From an uncultured virus (IMG/VR IMGVR_UViG_3300028591_000115) (lineage: Duplodnaviria; Heunggongvirae; Uroviricota; Caudoviricetes): a stretch of DNA of 64,000 bases. Below, in pieces: positions 1 through 14,014 of the stretch (positions are counted from its first letter, which is position 1; every line of letters starts with the position of its first letter). Below the pieces are notes generated by a model. It saw nothing but the letters and a program-made list of their open reading frames with translations, searched no databases and was not told the DNA's origin. A program made the position numbers and the translations under genes. The stretch lies in IMG/VR virus record IMGVR_UViG_3300028591_000115; one strand, written 5' to 3'.

Positions 1-3000
1 AGGAGATAATTTAGGTAAATTCTGGAATGCATTGGCTTTGATCTGTGCAAGAGAAGCAGGAAGATCAACATAAACTAACCGATCATCGCCATAGAAGCAA
101 TTTGCCGGGAATGAATCAATTAAATCTGGTGTTATAGAAACTCCAGATCTATCATCACAACCACTGAAGAAAATATGAGTTACATAAGGTTGCCAGCTTA
201 AGTTACCACCATCCATGCCTTCATCAGCAACAACACGAGTGAAGTCATTACTTTCGATTTTGCTAGATAACAAGCCAATAACATTATATTCTTCAGGATC
301 TCCTCCACCTGGCGCCCATGTAATTTTATTAGGAATACAAATCTTACCACGGAGATAAGAGTTAATCTTAACTGTTACATTAACATTATTACCATTGACT
401 AATTGTACTTCTAATTCGTTCGCGGTTAATGGATTTGCATATACACTTTCCTTTTGGAAAGTTGCATATACTGTTGTGTCTCTATCAATTTTGATAGGAT
501 TTTCATTAGTATGAATTTCTGCATTGTCTTCAAGAGTCAAACGCCAACCTTTAAACTTATAAGTCTAAGTAAGTGGAAGAGCACTATCATCTTTCCAAGG
601 AATTTCATTACTAAATTCTACATTCCTACCAGAAACAGCAATAGTAGTTAATGGAAGATCCCATTCATGAGTAATAGGATTATACTTGCAAACTGGAGTT
701 GTGCCATCATCCATCATATAAGTTACAGTGTAACCATGAACGGCATATACAGCAACAAATGTATAAACAACATTCTCACCTTCAAGTGTATAGTCACTTA
801 AAGAAGCAGAAGTTTTATTTGTACCATTAACGTTAATAACTGTGTTATTACGTTCACCTGGAGTTACATTCTTTTCCATCCAATCATTATGAGTAGAACC
901 CTTTGCTTCCCAATCGAAGGTACTAGATTCTTCAATTGACCAACCTAAGAAGTCATAATGCAACCTTGTAGGCGTATCATAATTATAGGTAATAATTGGA
1001 CTTAATCCTTGAATACCTGGCAAATATTTCTGAGAACCAAATTCATGAATTGAACCATCTGGTAAGTATTCAATGAATCTTGCACGGTTCGCAGGAGTTA
1101 CATAATTTGCAGTAATATCAAGTTTAGGGAAGTGAGTATTCTTCTGATAATAAGCAAAGATTTCAGCTTCATTAATACGAGTTTCCTCAGTATTGTTGAC
1201 ATGTAAACTACCACTGATAGTAGGAATAACTTTTGCGCCCTGAGTATTGCCAACAGGTCTGAAATAATAACTTTCATATCTGATTGCACTATTATCTAAC
1301 TCAGTGTAGAAATGATGAAGCATTTCAAGATCTTTGATTGGGCTTGGGCCCTTCACTGTATCATAAATATAAACCAAACCATTCTTAACATCCTTAGCCC
1401 ACTGGCTTTGATTAGTATATACATACTGTTGATAGGTTACGTAAGAAGATTCGCGTTTATAATAATTAGCAGCTTTAGTACCATCATAAATAGCATCAGG
1501 ATCAACCTGAGTATATGGAGTCCATTCAACATTTGCACAAGAAATGCTTAATTCTTTTGTCGTAGCTGTTGCATCATCTAATGTACCAGCTTGCGCCTTA
1601 AGTTTAATATTATAAAGATAATTTAATAAACGATAAGAACCATAGCCCAACTTGGTGTCATCTAATTGAATCAAGTCAATCTTTGATGTAGCAGAACTTG
1701 GAATTTCACCAGAAGTTTCAAATGCTACTAATTTATCGGTTAAATTATCAATATATAATCCGATTGGATCTGCACCCTCATTTACATGAGTAGGTTTGGT
1801 AGTTAACAAATTAGTTAACTTAAGTGGACGTTGTAAACTAATCATAGTAACAGTTGCAGGCAAATAAACAGTAGTTAAAACACTACCTTGCGGCAATGCA
1901 ACTTCACCAATCTTAGTACCTAATAACTTTAATACCTCAAGTTTTGCGCACTTATTAACTTTAGGGTCAGACTGTAATTCAGACAAGTTACTCAAGTCTA
2001 CTAAGCGAAGCAAGCCTTTTTCACCAACTTCAACAGAAGTTAAAGCAATATTTCTGTAACCGTTCTGATCATCACCAACTTTAAGCTCACGTAAACGTTC
2101 AGCATTAGTAATATCTAATTCATTAAGATATTTATTAGCTAAGTCGCCAATACTAGACAAGTACTGAGGTCCACGAATATAAGCTAATTGCTGTGTTAAT
2201 GCAGTACCTAAATCTGCCTTCTTTTGGATGGAGATTGGAGGTAATACAGTTACATTCTTAGCATTGCCACCAAGTTTAAACTTCTGTACTGCAGAAGGAG
2301 TTTCATCATAAAGTACAGAAACATACTGTGATAAGTATGGAGTAACAATATAAGAAGCACTAGAAGGATAAGTATTAGAAGAAGTTCTATCTTTATCATT
2401 CAAGTTATAACGCATCTTAATCTGAGTCTTTGTGCTTAATGGATCATATGCGCCAGCTGCCCATGCAGAGTCAAGATAATTAAATCTATTTCTAATCATG
2501 GTCTTTCTTTGTAAGCTTCTATCACCCTGTAAGCAGTAGTAATAAAGTGAAGTCTTTTTAATATTACCCTCTTGGTCAGTATAACCAATAGTGGCAGGAG
2601 CAAGATACTTATAATAAGCATCATAGTTCTTCATGACAGGAGACCATTTATCACTACCATTAGTTTCAAAGTAATATTCAACTTTTTCTTGGTTAAAGTT
2701 TGCTTTACGTAATGCATTATACATCTTCATGATTTCACTCTTGAAGCAAATATATATATTGTTCCATAAAACAGAACCATTACCAGAGAAAATAGAATCG
2801 GTAGAACCGGTTTCAGAATATACTTCAACATCTGGAACAGTTTCCCCATCAATTGTACGTGTTACCGCGCGCAATGCCAATGGAGGAGTTGCATCTTCAT
2901 CATAATCCCAATAAACCTGACCAGAGTTATTAACACCTAATTGTGTATCAAGGTCATAGAAAATTGGATACCAAATATATTCGCCACCTGGAGTTTCTGG

Positions 3001-6000
3001 ACCCCAAGAGCTAATCATCATGTTCTTTTGACGAGAGTCATAAAGAAGGAAGAATTCGGTATAAATGAAATAGAATAAGCAATAGTTGAGATTTAAATGT
3101 TTAGTTAATTCAGATTTAAACTTACATAAACGATAACGGTTAGTATCATATTCAAACTTTTCATAAAGATCAACATTAAAACCAACAGCATTAATTGCGA
3201 AATTCATTGTAAAGTGTTTATATGTACCAGCGCTAGTAAGTTGAATACCAATTTCACTTAAATCTTCAATGGCTTCTGCGCCATAATACCAAGAATCATC
3301 ATGATAAATGAAATCATGTGCAGCAATATATTGTTTATCATTAGCTGCATTATTTTCATCTTCTTCACCATTGGCAACGCGAATGAATTTTAATAATGCA
3401 GTTTGATCAGTAACTTTAAGACGTTCAGCGTCATAGTAGTTATTCAATGGATTATTATCTTCATCAAATTGAATATCAACTGTAGTGAACAATCCAGTAG
3501 GAGTAAAGACTTTTTCAATATGAATATCAACAGGTTCATAAACGCCTTCGTTTAAAGCATAATATGTAATTGCTGGTTCATATTCAGTAGAAATTGTTTT
3601 ATAATATACAGGCTCTTCAATCGTTCTCTTAGGACGATTAGCATTAGTATAATCAAAACTTGTTACGTCAGTTTGACGAATCCAATCCCAAAGCTTACCA
3701 AGTTCAACAGTCTTAGCACGCCATTCTCGGGTATCTTCTTCATCTGTCATTTCTGGATAACGCTGTTCAAAGTGGTCTTGAATAAGGTAATAAGGATCAC
3801 CACTCTTAGTAGTACCCTGATCTAACCAATTATCATTACCATCAGTAAACTTAGAATAACCAGCTTGGTTATTGGTTAATTCCCAGCATTGAGCAACATT
3901 AGTATATGTACAAGGAGTATCAACAAATTCATAATCTTCAGTTTCTTCATTAAATGCTGGAGCCTTAAAATATCTTACTTGCTTGGTTACTTCTTCACCA
4001 TCAACTTCTTCAGTTTCAGTTTTTACTTCACCAAGATTTGGCTGTTCTGTATCATCAACAAAACCAAATACATTTTCAGATGCTTTATCAATATTGAAAT
4101 TATAACGACCAATAAATTCAATATTTCCTGTGCTGTCTTCCCAGAATACCAAGATTGGGAATCCCCAAACGGTCGTACGATAAGCTGCAGAATCAGCAGA
4201 GCCAAGAATTCTTTGAAGTGGATGACGTAAATCATAACTTGTATCATGATTTAACAATGCAGTTGCATAATTAGCACCCGCAGTATTATGAACAGAAGAA
4301 CTATCCATATAATCTGCCTTTAAGCAGAATGCTGTGGCTTTTAAACCAACACCAATATCAATAGCACCTTTGTTCTTTTTAGGTGCATCCTTGTTCGCTT
4401 TATAACTAATATATTGTCCAAGATCGCCAGTATAAATATCTTTATTAGCTTCGTCACCATCCCAATGCTCAATACGTAATACATTAGGTTCCATTTCAAG
4501 AGTACCCATCTTTACTGCATCAGACCAGTCAGAAGAACCTTCTTTTACTTGGAATTTAAAGTTTCTACGAGGATATGCTTGAGAAGAAGTACCTTGAACA
4601 TTAATCTAAGAATTGGACATATGGAAATTACGTTTTGGATTCTTAGGATCATAATAACGAATATTAACACCAATTTTATTACCTTTGAAGTAAGGAAGTC
4701 TGTCCTATGTTTTAGAAATTGTTGGCAAGTTAACAGTACTGATAACCATAACAGGAATTAAGCCAGCTTCTTTAGTCTTCAAATAGTCTAAGTTGGAGCC
4801 ATCATCTTTAACAATAGCTTTTCCACAAAGATAACGTGCTTTCTTCTCAGGAAGAGTAGGCGCATCCGCAGTCCAGTTTTGTCCGATGTCAGCATAATAT
4901 AAAGGTTGTTCGTAAATACGAATACCATAAAGATCAACATCGCAGCAATCAGATGTAATACGAATACCCGCTTGTCCATCAAAAGATTGCGCAAATTGAG
5001 CACCTGCATTATATTCAAGAACGCTTGTTAAAACGCCATTGATATAAGCATAAATCATAGGGGTTACATTGTTGCCTGAAGCAGGACCAACAACGAAAGA
5101 AACCTTAACACGAGTATCATCAGTATAACGAGCACTGACAAGGGTAGAACTAGATAAGCTTAAGAACGCTTCTTGAGTACCTAAAACAATACCACGATTA
5201 GAACCATAGTATGTTAAGAAAGCACTATCAGAATTAGAAGAAACAACACGTTCAACTGATTCGCTACCAGTCAATTCATTTTCTTCTGGCATATGACCAC
5301 CAATTGGGCGATCAGGATCATCGCCTTCGGCAATTTTGATTGCTAAACTTTCATCATTACCTTCTTCTTCTGGAGCATAACACTCAAGAGTATAAGGTAA
5401 AGCTGTTCTACTATCACTTTCAAACCATTTATGAGTAGATAATTCGCTATATTTTAAATACTTAGTTTGAGTATTGATTAAACGAGAATAGTCAACAGCA
5501 TTATGTACAGCGAAATCAAACTCATAAGTTTGTCCTGGGCTTGTACCACCACCACTTGCGAACAATGTAGTAGGAATAAATACAGAAGCGCCATTAGAAA
5601 CGCGCAATGCTGTATTACCATCACTATCTTTAATCCAACCATTGTTATACCAGTTAAAACCACTAAGTACAACAGGAGAATCAATAAACTCATCGTTCTG
5701 GTCTTTGGTCTTTAATACTTTAGTATTAGAAGTTACTACTTCATTAGGCCATAAGACACGTTTGGTTGCACGCTCATTATTTGTGCGGCCAGCCGCACTT
5801 AAATATAAAATAGAACCAGAAATTGGCTCTAAGCTATAACGACTTTCAGCAGTAATTGTTACAGTAGAACTCCAAGAAGAATCACCTGCAACAATAGTGA
5901 AAGTATTAGAACCAAGATTATACTTAATAATTTCCCAATTGTTATAATTACCAGTATAGCTTAAATCTTCACTACTAATTTCTTCATCATTAATATAATA

Positions 6001-7227
6001 AGTTACAGTAGTAGTTCCAACCAAGTTTGTTGGATCATACACAACAAAAGGAATCTCAATTAATGTATAGTTTACAAAAGAGGCACCTGAACGCTTAAAT
6101 GGAGACCAAATAATAACACTTGTTCCATCTGTTACCCAACCAATTTCGTAGTGTAAATCTTTACTGATCTCAACTGTTGTTGGACCAATTGTCATTTTTG
6201 CTACAATATCAAGGGTATGTGCGCCATGTGCGGCACCTTCAAATAAGCTCCAAAGTTCTAATACACCACTTGTAGTTTCAATTTTTTGAGTCTTTTGAAC
6301 TCCACCATTTGCAGCATCCACAGTAGCAGTTACTTCAATTTCACCTTGTTGGAACAAGTCTTCAGAAGTAACGCCTTGACCCAATGTAAGCTGCCATGGG
6401 AATGTAATACCGCTAATACCATCAGCTTTACGTTTAATAGTAGAAGGATTCCACTGATTAGTTGGCTCATATCTAACATCAATTACTGAGAAAGATGTGC
6501 TTTCAACTTCAGACTGACGATCATTAACGAATGCTTGAACCTTCAATACTGTTAAACCAGTTCTAAGATAGCTTGCAGGAATATTTAATTGCATTGTACC
6601 AACACCGTTGGTTAATGTCAAACGTCCTGGATTCCAAGTTTCTCTATATGGCTGCTGTGCATTACGGCTTTCATAGAAATTAACTTCTAATTCAGCCTGA
6701 CTTCCACGTTTTGTATCAACAACACGGATAGTCGCCACAGCATTTTGTCCTTTTGCAATCATGCTTGGGAACTGAACTGTATAAATAACACTAATTGAAG
6801 AAGTATCAGTGCCACCACCGCCACCAGATCCAGATACAAGGATTTTTTCTACCCAGCAGAATTCTTCATCAAGCTTCTTAATACGATAGAGGGTTCCATC
6901 ATAATTAATAATAATATCTTCTCTTTGGTAGGTTTCAACTGGCTTATTGATTAAAGCATAAGCTGCATCAATATCGGCACGAGGGAATGGTAAAAGACCA
7001 TCGGAATCATCTGTTGCTACAAGAGTATCCGCACAATCGCCATATACAAATTTAATACCTGAACCGCTCATGACATGACGTTCACCATCTGCATCATCAA
7101 AGTAGATTTTATTTGTATCATAAGCAAAGAAAATCGCACCGGGTGTAGATGGAAATGCTTGACACTATGCTTCTGTTCCACGGTAAGGGGCAAATGCATT
7201 TTCAGAAACCTTAGATGTAACAGCCAT
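1..7227 (-). CDS. Giant tail-tip/fibre-associated protein (>2,400 aa, runs off the window) with a CotH-kinase-like domain, leucine-rich repeats and BspA-type LRR; TAG read as Gln
   Basis: ATG at 7227 after a GGAG RBS. Track ORFs 4705..7071 and 565..4509 are in the same frame, and the hand-translated gaps contain only TAG stops. Motifs: VQGTSSQAYPRRNF, KADYMDSS..HN, GFPI, YNFNIDK, DSRQKN and YDLDT (CotH-like); LxxLxLxxT repeats; YDFLGW/YKFKGW (InlB B-repeat-like); VYVDLPASLAQIKANAFQN (LRR_5-like). Confidence 0.8.
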
Positions 7228-7255
7228 TACATTAACTCCCTTCTCTCATAAATTT

Positions 7256-7275
7256 GGGGCAGATTGCTCTGCCCC
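7256..7275 (-). terminator. Probable intrinsic terminator or processing hairpin
   Basis: GGGGCAGA-ttgc-TCTGCCCC inverted repeat between two genes. Confidence 0.5.
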
Positions 7276-7290
7276 TTATTATTTTTTATA

Positions 7291-9081
7291 TTAGAAAGTC
7301 TCCCACATCAAGTCAATACCAAGTGCAGTTGCTGCATTGGCATCAGCTCTTGTAAATGTGAGTGAATCAGACTTCAAATTAAAGATGCTAGTCATTGTTG
7401 TATTATCTTGGAATGTGATTGTAGAAGTTAATCTTGCCCCAGATGCTTTTGCAGATGCTCCAGCAGTTACAGCGGTAGAACCATTATAAAGCGCGGAAAT
7501 ACCTGCAAAAGATTTCAACTTAAGATGACCAACAGTAATAGTACCAGTCTTAACTGCAGTGATATGGCCGTTAGAAACAGTAATACCAGTAATTGCAGTG
7601 AAGGAAGCAGTACCATATAAATCACCGCCAGTAGCGCCAACTGTAGCATTAGTTGTTGCATCTGCGGTAGGAGTAATTGCAGCATAAGCCTTATGGGCTA
7701 ATGTTACAACCTGATTTGTACCAGAACCGGTAGAGGTTGTAGTTAAATCAGTTTGATCAACACGTAATTTAACACCATTGTTAACACCATTAACTGCGAT
7801 ATATAAATCTTTAGTTGCATCTGCATAAGTCAATTTAACTGTTTGTGTATCATCACCAGATGGGATATAAGTCCAACGAATCTTAGAAGGTTCAATATAT
7901 CCTGCAGCATTTTCAGTACCATCAACAGAGGTAGCAATGAACATGTCGCCTACAGCAGCATCTTGAGTATTACCGGTTGTTAAATTATTAATTATATATG
8001 TATTATTGGTTACAACTTTATAAGTGTCACCAATAGATACAGTACCAGTTGTTAATGGTAATGAAGTAATTGAAGCACCATCAGAAGCTGCACCAACTGT
8101 GCCCTTATAAGACATTGAATCAGCAGCTTTTAATTTTTCTTCAATCGCAGCATTAGTCTGATCAATAGTATAAACAGGTAATACTGCAGTACCATTTACA
8201 AATTTAATATTAGAAGTTGCACCGCTCTTACCAATTTGAATAATTGGAGAAATTGTCGCAGTAGCAGCGTCAATATTAAGAATAGTATCTTTAATGGCTA
8301 ATTTCAAATCACCAGAAGAATTGAAAGAGCCAGTTAAGCTAATCTTTGTACCAATAGTGATCGTGCCATTGGCATCAGATTTAACGTGCGCGATACCATC
8401 ACCGACCAAGTTAATTGTATTAGTCGGAGTTAATGAAGCAGGCTTAGAAACCGTTGCTCCAGTTGCGTCAGTACCAGTGCTATAATTATAAAGATTTAAT
8501 GGAACTTCATTCGCGCTATATGCAGTAGTTGTAGTTTTTAACTCTGTAATTTCAATTAAATCTTTAACACGCATTGTAATGGTATAAATACCATTGGTAT
8601 CTGCCGCACTTGATAATTGCATAGCAGTTGTATTTGCACTAGCTAACTTCCAAGATAGTGTGGATCCAAATGCTGGCGTATTATCAGGTTTTGTAATATT
8701 CAACTTAATAGTTGAAGTAGCATTACCTGCGGTCGTGATATTCCACGCCATCGCTTTGATAATATTACTAATACTTTGACCGTTAATCTGTTGCCAGTCT
8801 CCAGCCGTAGTATCCCATTTAGCTAAAATATTACCATCTTTGACGTAGTATAACGCTGTTGTGCTCTTAGGTTGAGAAGCTGTAGGTAAATCATTTATTG
8901 TAGCAACTTCAATAATATCGCCTAAACGAATACGTTCTACTGTGCTACCACCTGTTGGCGTATAATCAACGTACATTGCACGTTCATCATAAGCAACATA
9001 TACATTACCATCAGTTTTAGTAGAAGGTAAATCAGCCTAAAGCCCACGCAAAAATTTAACTCTTGCGTCAGTTACCGCCAT
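7291..9081 (-). CDS. Tail fibre-like protein (596 aa; TAG at codon 15)
   Basis: ATG at 9081 after AGGAG, in frame with track ORF 7291..8976. Thr/Ala/Gly-rich and beta-type, with a fibre-like N-terminus (VKFLRGLQADLP..DGNVYVAYDERAMYVD). Confidence 0.75.
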
Positions 9082-9096
9082 TATGATTCATCTCCT

Positions 9097-10257
9097 TTAG
9101 CTATGTTTTTTATAAGTGCCCCATCTCATGATATTCTCATCGATTCGAGAATCAACATATTCAGTAACAGTTGCGTATTCTCTATCGTTCCAAGTTAAAT
9201 CACCAATGGAGTCATTCCAACCGTCAGCGCTTAAATAGGTATGCTTACGATTCATATCTTTAAGAGACTATACGGCGGTATTTAATGCTGGAACCACACC
9301 TGCGGCAGTATCAGAAAATAAAGGAATATTAACTTCCCATGCTGAATTACGAACTAATTTTGTTCCATTAACATAAACGTTTTGTAATCCAACTGGTTTA
9401 CTTAACATTGTTTCTAAATTTTCGACCCTTAAGATAAGCCCAGTTCCAGACGTTTGTCCAATAGTAGCTGTTCCAACTACAGATTGTAAAGTGTTTACCT
9501 TGTGAGTAAGGCTTGCTAAATCTGCCGTTTGAGATTCATTTATCTAATGAATATCAGTCAACTATTGCTTGATCGAAGTTACAGAAGTTTGTAAATCCTT
9601 GACATCTGTTAAGTTCGGTTCATACCAGCCCAATGACCCATCGCTAGAAACTCGCGGTTCGAGATCAGATGACCATGGGTGGTTTGCATCAACTGTGACT
9701 AACTCATAATGGGCTGGCACAGGCGGAATATATCCTAACTTGCCAGGTTCGCCTTGGCTTTCAACCTCTGGAATGAATTGATAATATTGCTTTTCATAAT
9801 CTTTTAATGAAAGAACACCATCATTAAGTTGCAATACTTTCTAATTAATGTTGAGGTCAAGCGTTCCAGATACACTGGCTAACTTTTCATCTAACGTTTC
9901 TCCGGATGGAAAAATAACATCTTTACTTTTGATACCGATATTAAGCTACTTCCAAACTTTTTGATCGGTATACATAAATAAATCTGTTGTTCCATTAGGT
10001 TCTTTAATTACCAATATATCATTAATTACAGCATATTTTCCATCCATTACGCGAGCTATTGCTGCCTCTATTGCTTCATTTTCTTGCAATACAGTTTCAT
10101 AATAATGCGAATTGCCAATTGGAACCGCACCACGATATAACTCATGCGTATCTAATAAAAAATATAATGAATTTGGATCTTTTTTAGCCAAAGCATTATA
10201 TTCTGCACGGGAGCCGAATCTAAACAGCACTTTTGAAGAAGATTTTTTCTGTGCCAT
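9097..10257 (-). CDS. Tail fibre/adaptor-like protein (386 aa, TAG-recoded)
   Basis: Joins track ORFs 9946..10272 and 9562..9834 through TAG and ends at TAA 9097. N-terminus FRFGSRAEYNALAKKDPNSLYFLLDTHELYRG, followed by a coiled-coil-like segment. Confidence 0.7.
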
Positions 10258-10308
10258 TATTTCCCCTCCCATCGTTCTCTATTTATAGAGAATGAAATAG
10301 GTCTATTA

Positions 10309-10695
10309 TCAATCATTGACCTCTTCCACATAATCAATTAATAAGGGATAGGTATCATCTGGAAAGCGAGTATTATATTGACCGAGCCGAGTCAAAGAAC
10401 TTGCTTCACATTTAATATTATAAATTGGCTATAAAGCCAATACTTCAGAAGGGATATCATAATAAAAATTTCGATCATCGTCTTGATTTATTCCAGAGTA
10501 AGCAAGTACTCTAATGGGAAATGGAGTATCATTGACAAAAAAGCCAAACCCTGGAATAGCAGTGATTCGTAATTCAATTATACGAGTACTGGCACCAAAT
10601 AAAGTTCCTGTAATTAAATTGGCGCGAGTAGCGCCAACTGAATTGCGAGAATCTCCTTCTGAAAAATATCTAATTTGTTTCTTTTTTGTAGTCAT
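10309..10695 (-). CDS. Hypothetical tail-module protein (128 aa, one TAG)
   Basis: Track ORF 10429..10695 continues through TAG to TGA at 10309; AGGAG RBS. Confidence 0.7.
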
Positions 10696-10706
10696 ACTTT
10701 ATCTCC

Positions 10707-13700
10707 TTAAATCAAACGATCTGCTGCTCTATAAGCAGTTATACTCATCATACCATCAAATTTTAACTGATATGAAAAACTCTTGATTATATATTCACCA
10801 CGAATGCCGGTATTATTATCAACAACTCTAATACGTTGATTGGGTTCAAACCAATAAATCGGCACACAAGATAAGGTAATTGTTTCTTGATAATTCGTAG
10901 TTTCATAAACCATTTCATCTAATGCATCTTTAGCGCCCTTGCCTTGAGTACTAATCTTAAAATAATTAGATAATCCATTATTTAAACGTAATCTAATATA
11001 ACTTAAATTAGATGCATTAAAACTTGCGTCATTAGGATCAAGCCACATTATATTAGGTATTGTTCTATAGAAAATCGCTTTAATATTTGTATCATTAATT
11101 GCTTTTGACCTATGCCCTATAGATGCAATTTTATATTTACCATATTCACTAAAAGTATCCATAAAATCAATCCAAAATAACATATCTTCTGGTGCAATAA
11201 AACTAATTTCATGTGAATCTTTATGATAACGAATAAAATTAGGATTCCAATGACCATTGTCTGTCCAGGCAAGGAAAGCGGTTTTAACCATGTTTTGTTT
11301 ATGAGTTTTTTGCTCTTTTTCCATAGTTTTTACTACATTTTTTAATGTATCAGCATAAGTTTTATAACGATTTTTTGTAGTTTCAACAGCTGTTAATCCT
11401 ACATTTACATTTGTACGTTGATCAGTAATATATTGCTTAACAATTGTAATAACTTGATCAACAACAGATGAGTTATAATATTCTTCATATGCTGTGTTAC
11501 GCATTTTTGCTCTGGTTGCGGCTAAATCTTCTTCAAACTCAGTCATTTTATCTTCTATGCTTAATAAAGTCGCAAGATATGCTTCTTTATGCATTAAATA
11601 ACGTTGATTACGTTCACCATCTGTTATGCTCATACTTTTAGTACGTAACATTTCTTTGTAATATGTGTTTTGTGCAGTCTAAAATTGAGAACTCTAAAAT
11701 TGAGTTAACATTTGTGAATTATAAGTTAAACCCGCAAAATAGGCTTCTGGTACATCATCACTAGTCAAATCGTTATCAACTTTATAATAAATATTCCAAA
11801 AACTAAGCATATCAGCAAAATAAATTGCATAACGATTATTTAATCTTGCTTCCCATGCAAGTAATTCTTTTGAAATAATTTCAAATGTTTTTTCTTTTGT
11901 TACACGAAAACGTGGCAAATAATATACATTATTGCCAGATCCATGCTATACCCAATCATAAAAAGTCATTCCACGTACTTGCCAACCATCAACACCGCCC
12001 AAAGTATCAATACGATATTTGCCTGAGCTATCAGCAGAATCTACACGTTCAAATTCTACATAAGAACGAGAACTATTATTAATCTCATTCTCTTGTCCAG
12101 CCCATTTCAAATTAGTTTTAGATAATACCCATTCAACCCAAGTATATTCATTTTGACCGTAGTCTTTACGTCCTTTTTGAATTTGCTCACCTTTATTATC
12201 AAACTTACCGATATTGCAAATCTCTAAATCAACAGACAAAAATTTTTTAAATGTATTGGTTTTTAAATCATAATACCAAACATAATCTTGCGAGTTAGCT
12301 TCAATAACCGAATCCTTACTATAATAAGAACCATCGCCATGATATAATTTAACTGGACATTTAAACGTATGAATGTTATATAAAGCAACAGGAGAATTTA
12401 AACCAACTTTATCAAATTCTTTAATATGCATTGCCGCACGTGAATAATCTAACGCCATACGATAAATTAATTCACGATAATCTACAACCTTAGTGCGGCC
12501 AGAACTGGCAGTAGAAGTAAAATGATTTTTTAATGCAGCGACGTTAGATTTAATTTCTGAATCAAAATAAAATGCTTCTTTAGTAGAAGAACCCTCTGGA
12601 TAATGCCAAAATGATTTCAAATATTCCTCATATTCATCTAGTAAATCTTGTAATTCAGTAACAGCTAATTCATTAGCATTATCCTTATCATCAAAATTAA
12701 ACCCTTCAGTAACATACCAATAACCATCAGATAAACAATGATATGCTTTTGGTTTATCATCAATAGCATAACGCAAATGACAAGGCCAGGACTTATGGGA
12801 AGAATTATTTGTCTTACCTATTGCTCCCCAAACTGCCCAATCATTACGAATATTAGTAAGTTTTGGTTTATTACTATAAGATTCAATAATATTAGAATTA
12901 GTAAAATCATAAATTGTTTGTGTCGCTTCAGTGCTTGAAAAATATCCAACGCTTTGATCTTCTGGTACAACGCCATTCCAAACAACGTTATGATAAATCT
13001 ATTTTCTTCTAAAAATAAATCTTCCCTATAGGTCATAAAAATATTCATATTCGCCTAATACTTCTACAACCTTATTCAACATTTCTACAATTGTGCCGCC
13101 AGTCTATACGACTAATTCTCCAGGATACGTTAAATCTGTTGCACGATAACCAGCTGTATCACCATAAGTTAATTTTTTAATAATACGATAATAACGTTTT
13201 ACACCACTACTTTCATTATGCTCATGTATAGTGCCTTCATCGCCTTCCACATAAATAGAATTTAAATAATTAGCAAACGCATCATTATAAGAAGGATCGT
13301 CCTCACTAAAAAAGCACATACTCGAACTATAAACTGAAAAGTCGGCATAATTAGAAACATCATATAAAAAACAATTTAAATTATCAACTTTATAATCTAA
13401 TAATTCAACTGATACGTCTTCTAAATCATTAATTAAAATATTTTCATAAGGTTCTTTAGCATATACATGAACCGCTTCACGAATCATATCATAAATTAAT
13501 ACAGCTTGATAAGTTATTGTTGTACCATCATCAGATTTAATCTCTTCGTTAGCGAAATCATGTTCGGCAAATAAAGCACCACCAACGCTACCATCTAAAA
13601 GACACATTTTATCTTTTCCTGTTAAAGAAAGTTGAAAACCGTTTAATTTGTTAGACATAGAAATATCTGTAGCTATGTACATACCCATTGGGAACCATAT

Positions 13701-14009
13701 CCATTCCGGATATTTATCATTAACAAAATTTTTCTTACCAATAGCAACAATATATTTAGTATGAATCTACCAATCTAATTCATTTACATTAGAATCTAAT
13801 GTAAACATAGTTAAACTACAAGTACGACGACAAGCAGAAGAACCATCTATTGAGATATTACCGCCTTCAATGTTGCCGGTAATATCTGCAATAGGATGTT
13901 CATTGAAATCCAAAACAATAATTTTCGCCAAGGTTTCATGAATTGGATATTCATCTAACTGTTTTAAAAAATCTTTATCTCTTAATGGTTGCGGATTAGG
14001 ATCAAACAA
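10707..14009 (-). CDS. Baseplate/tail hub-like protein (~1,100 aa, TAG-recoded)
   Basis: Five track fragments share one frame (start offsets are multiples of 3). N-terminal GNISIDGSSACRRTCSL and C-terminal ITLSCVPIYWFEPNQRI...GEYIIKSFSY resemble phage tail hub proteins. Confidence 0.7.
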
Positions 14010-14014
14010 TTAAA

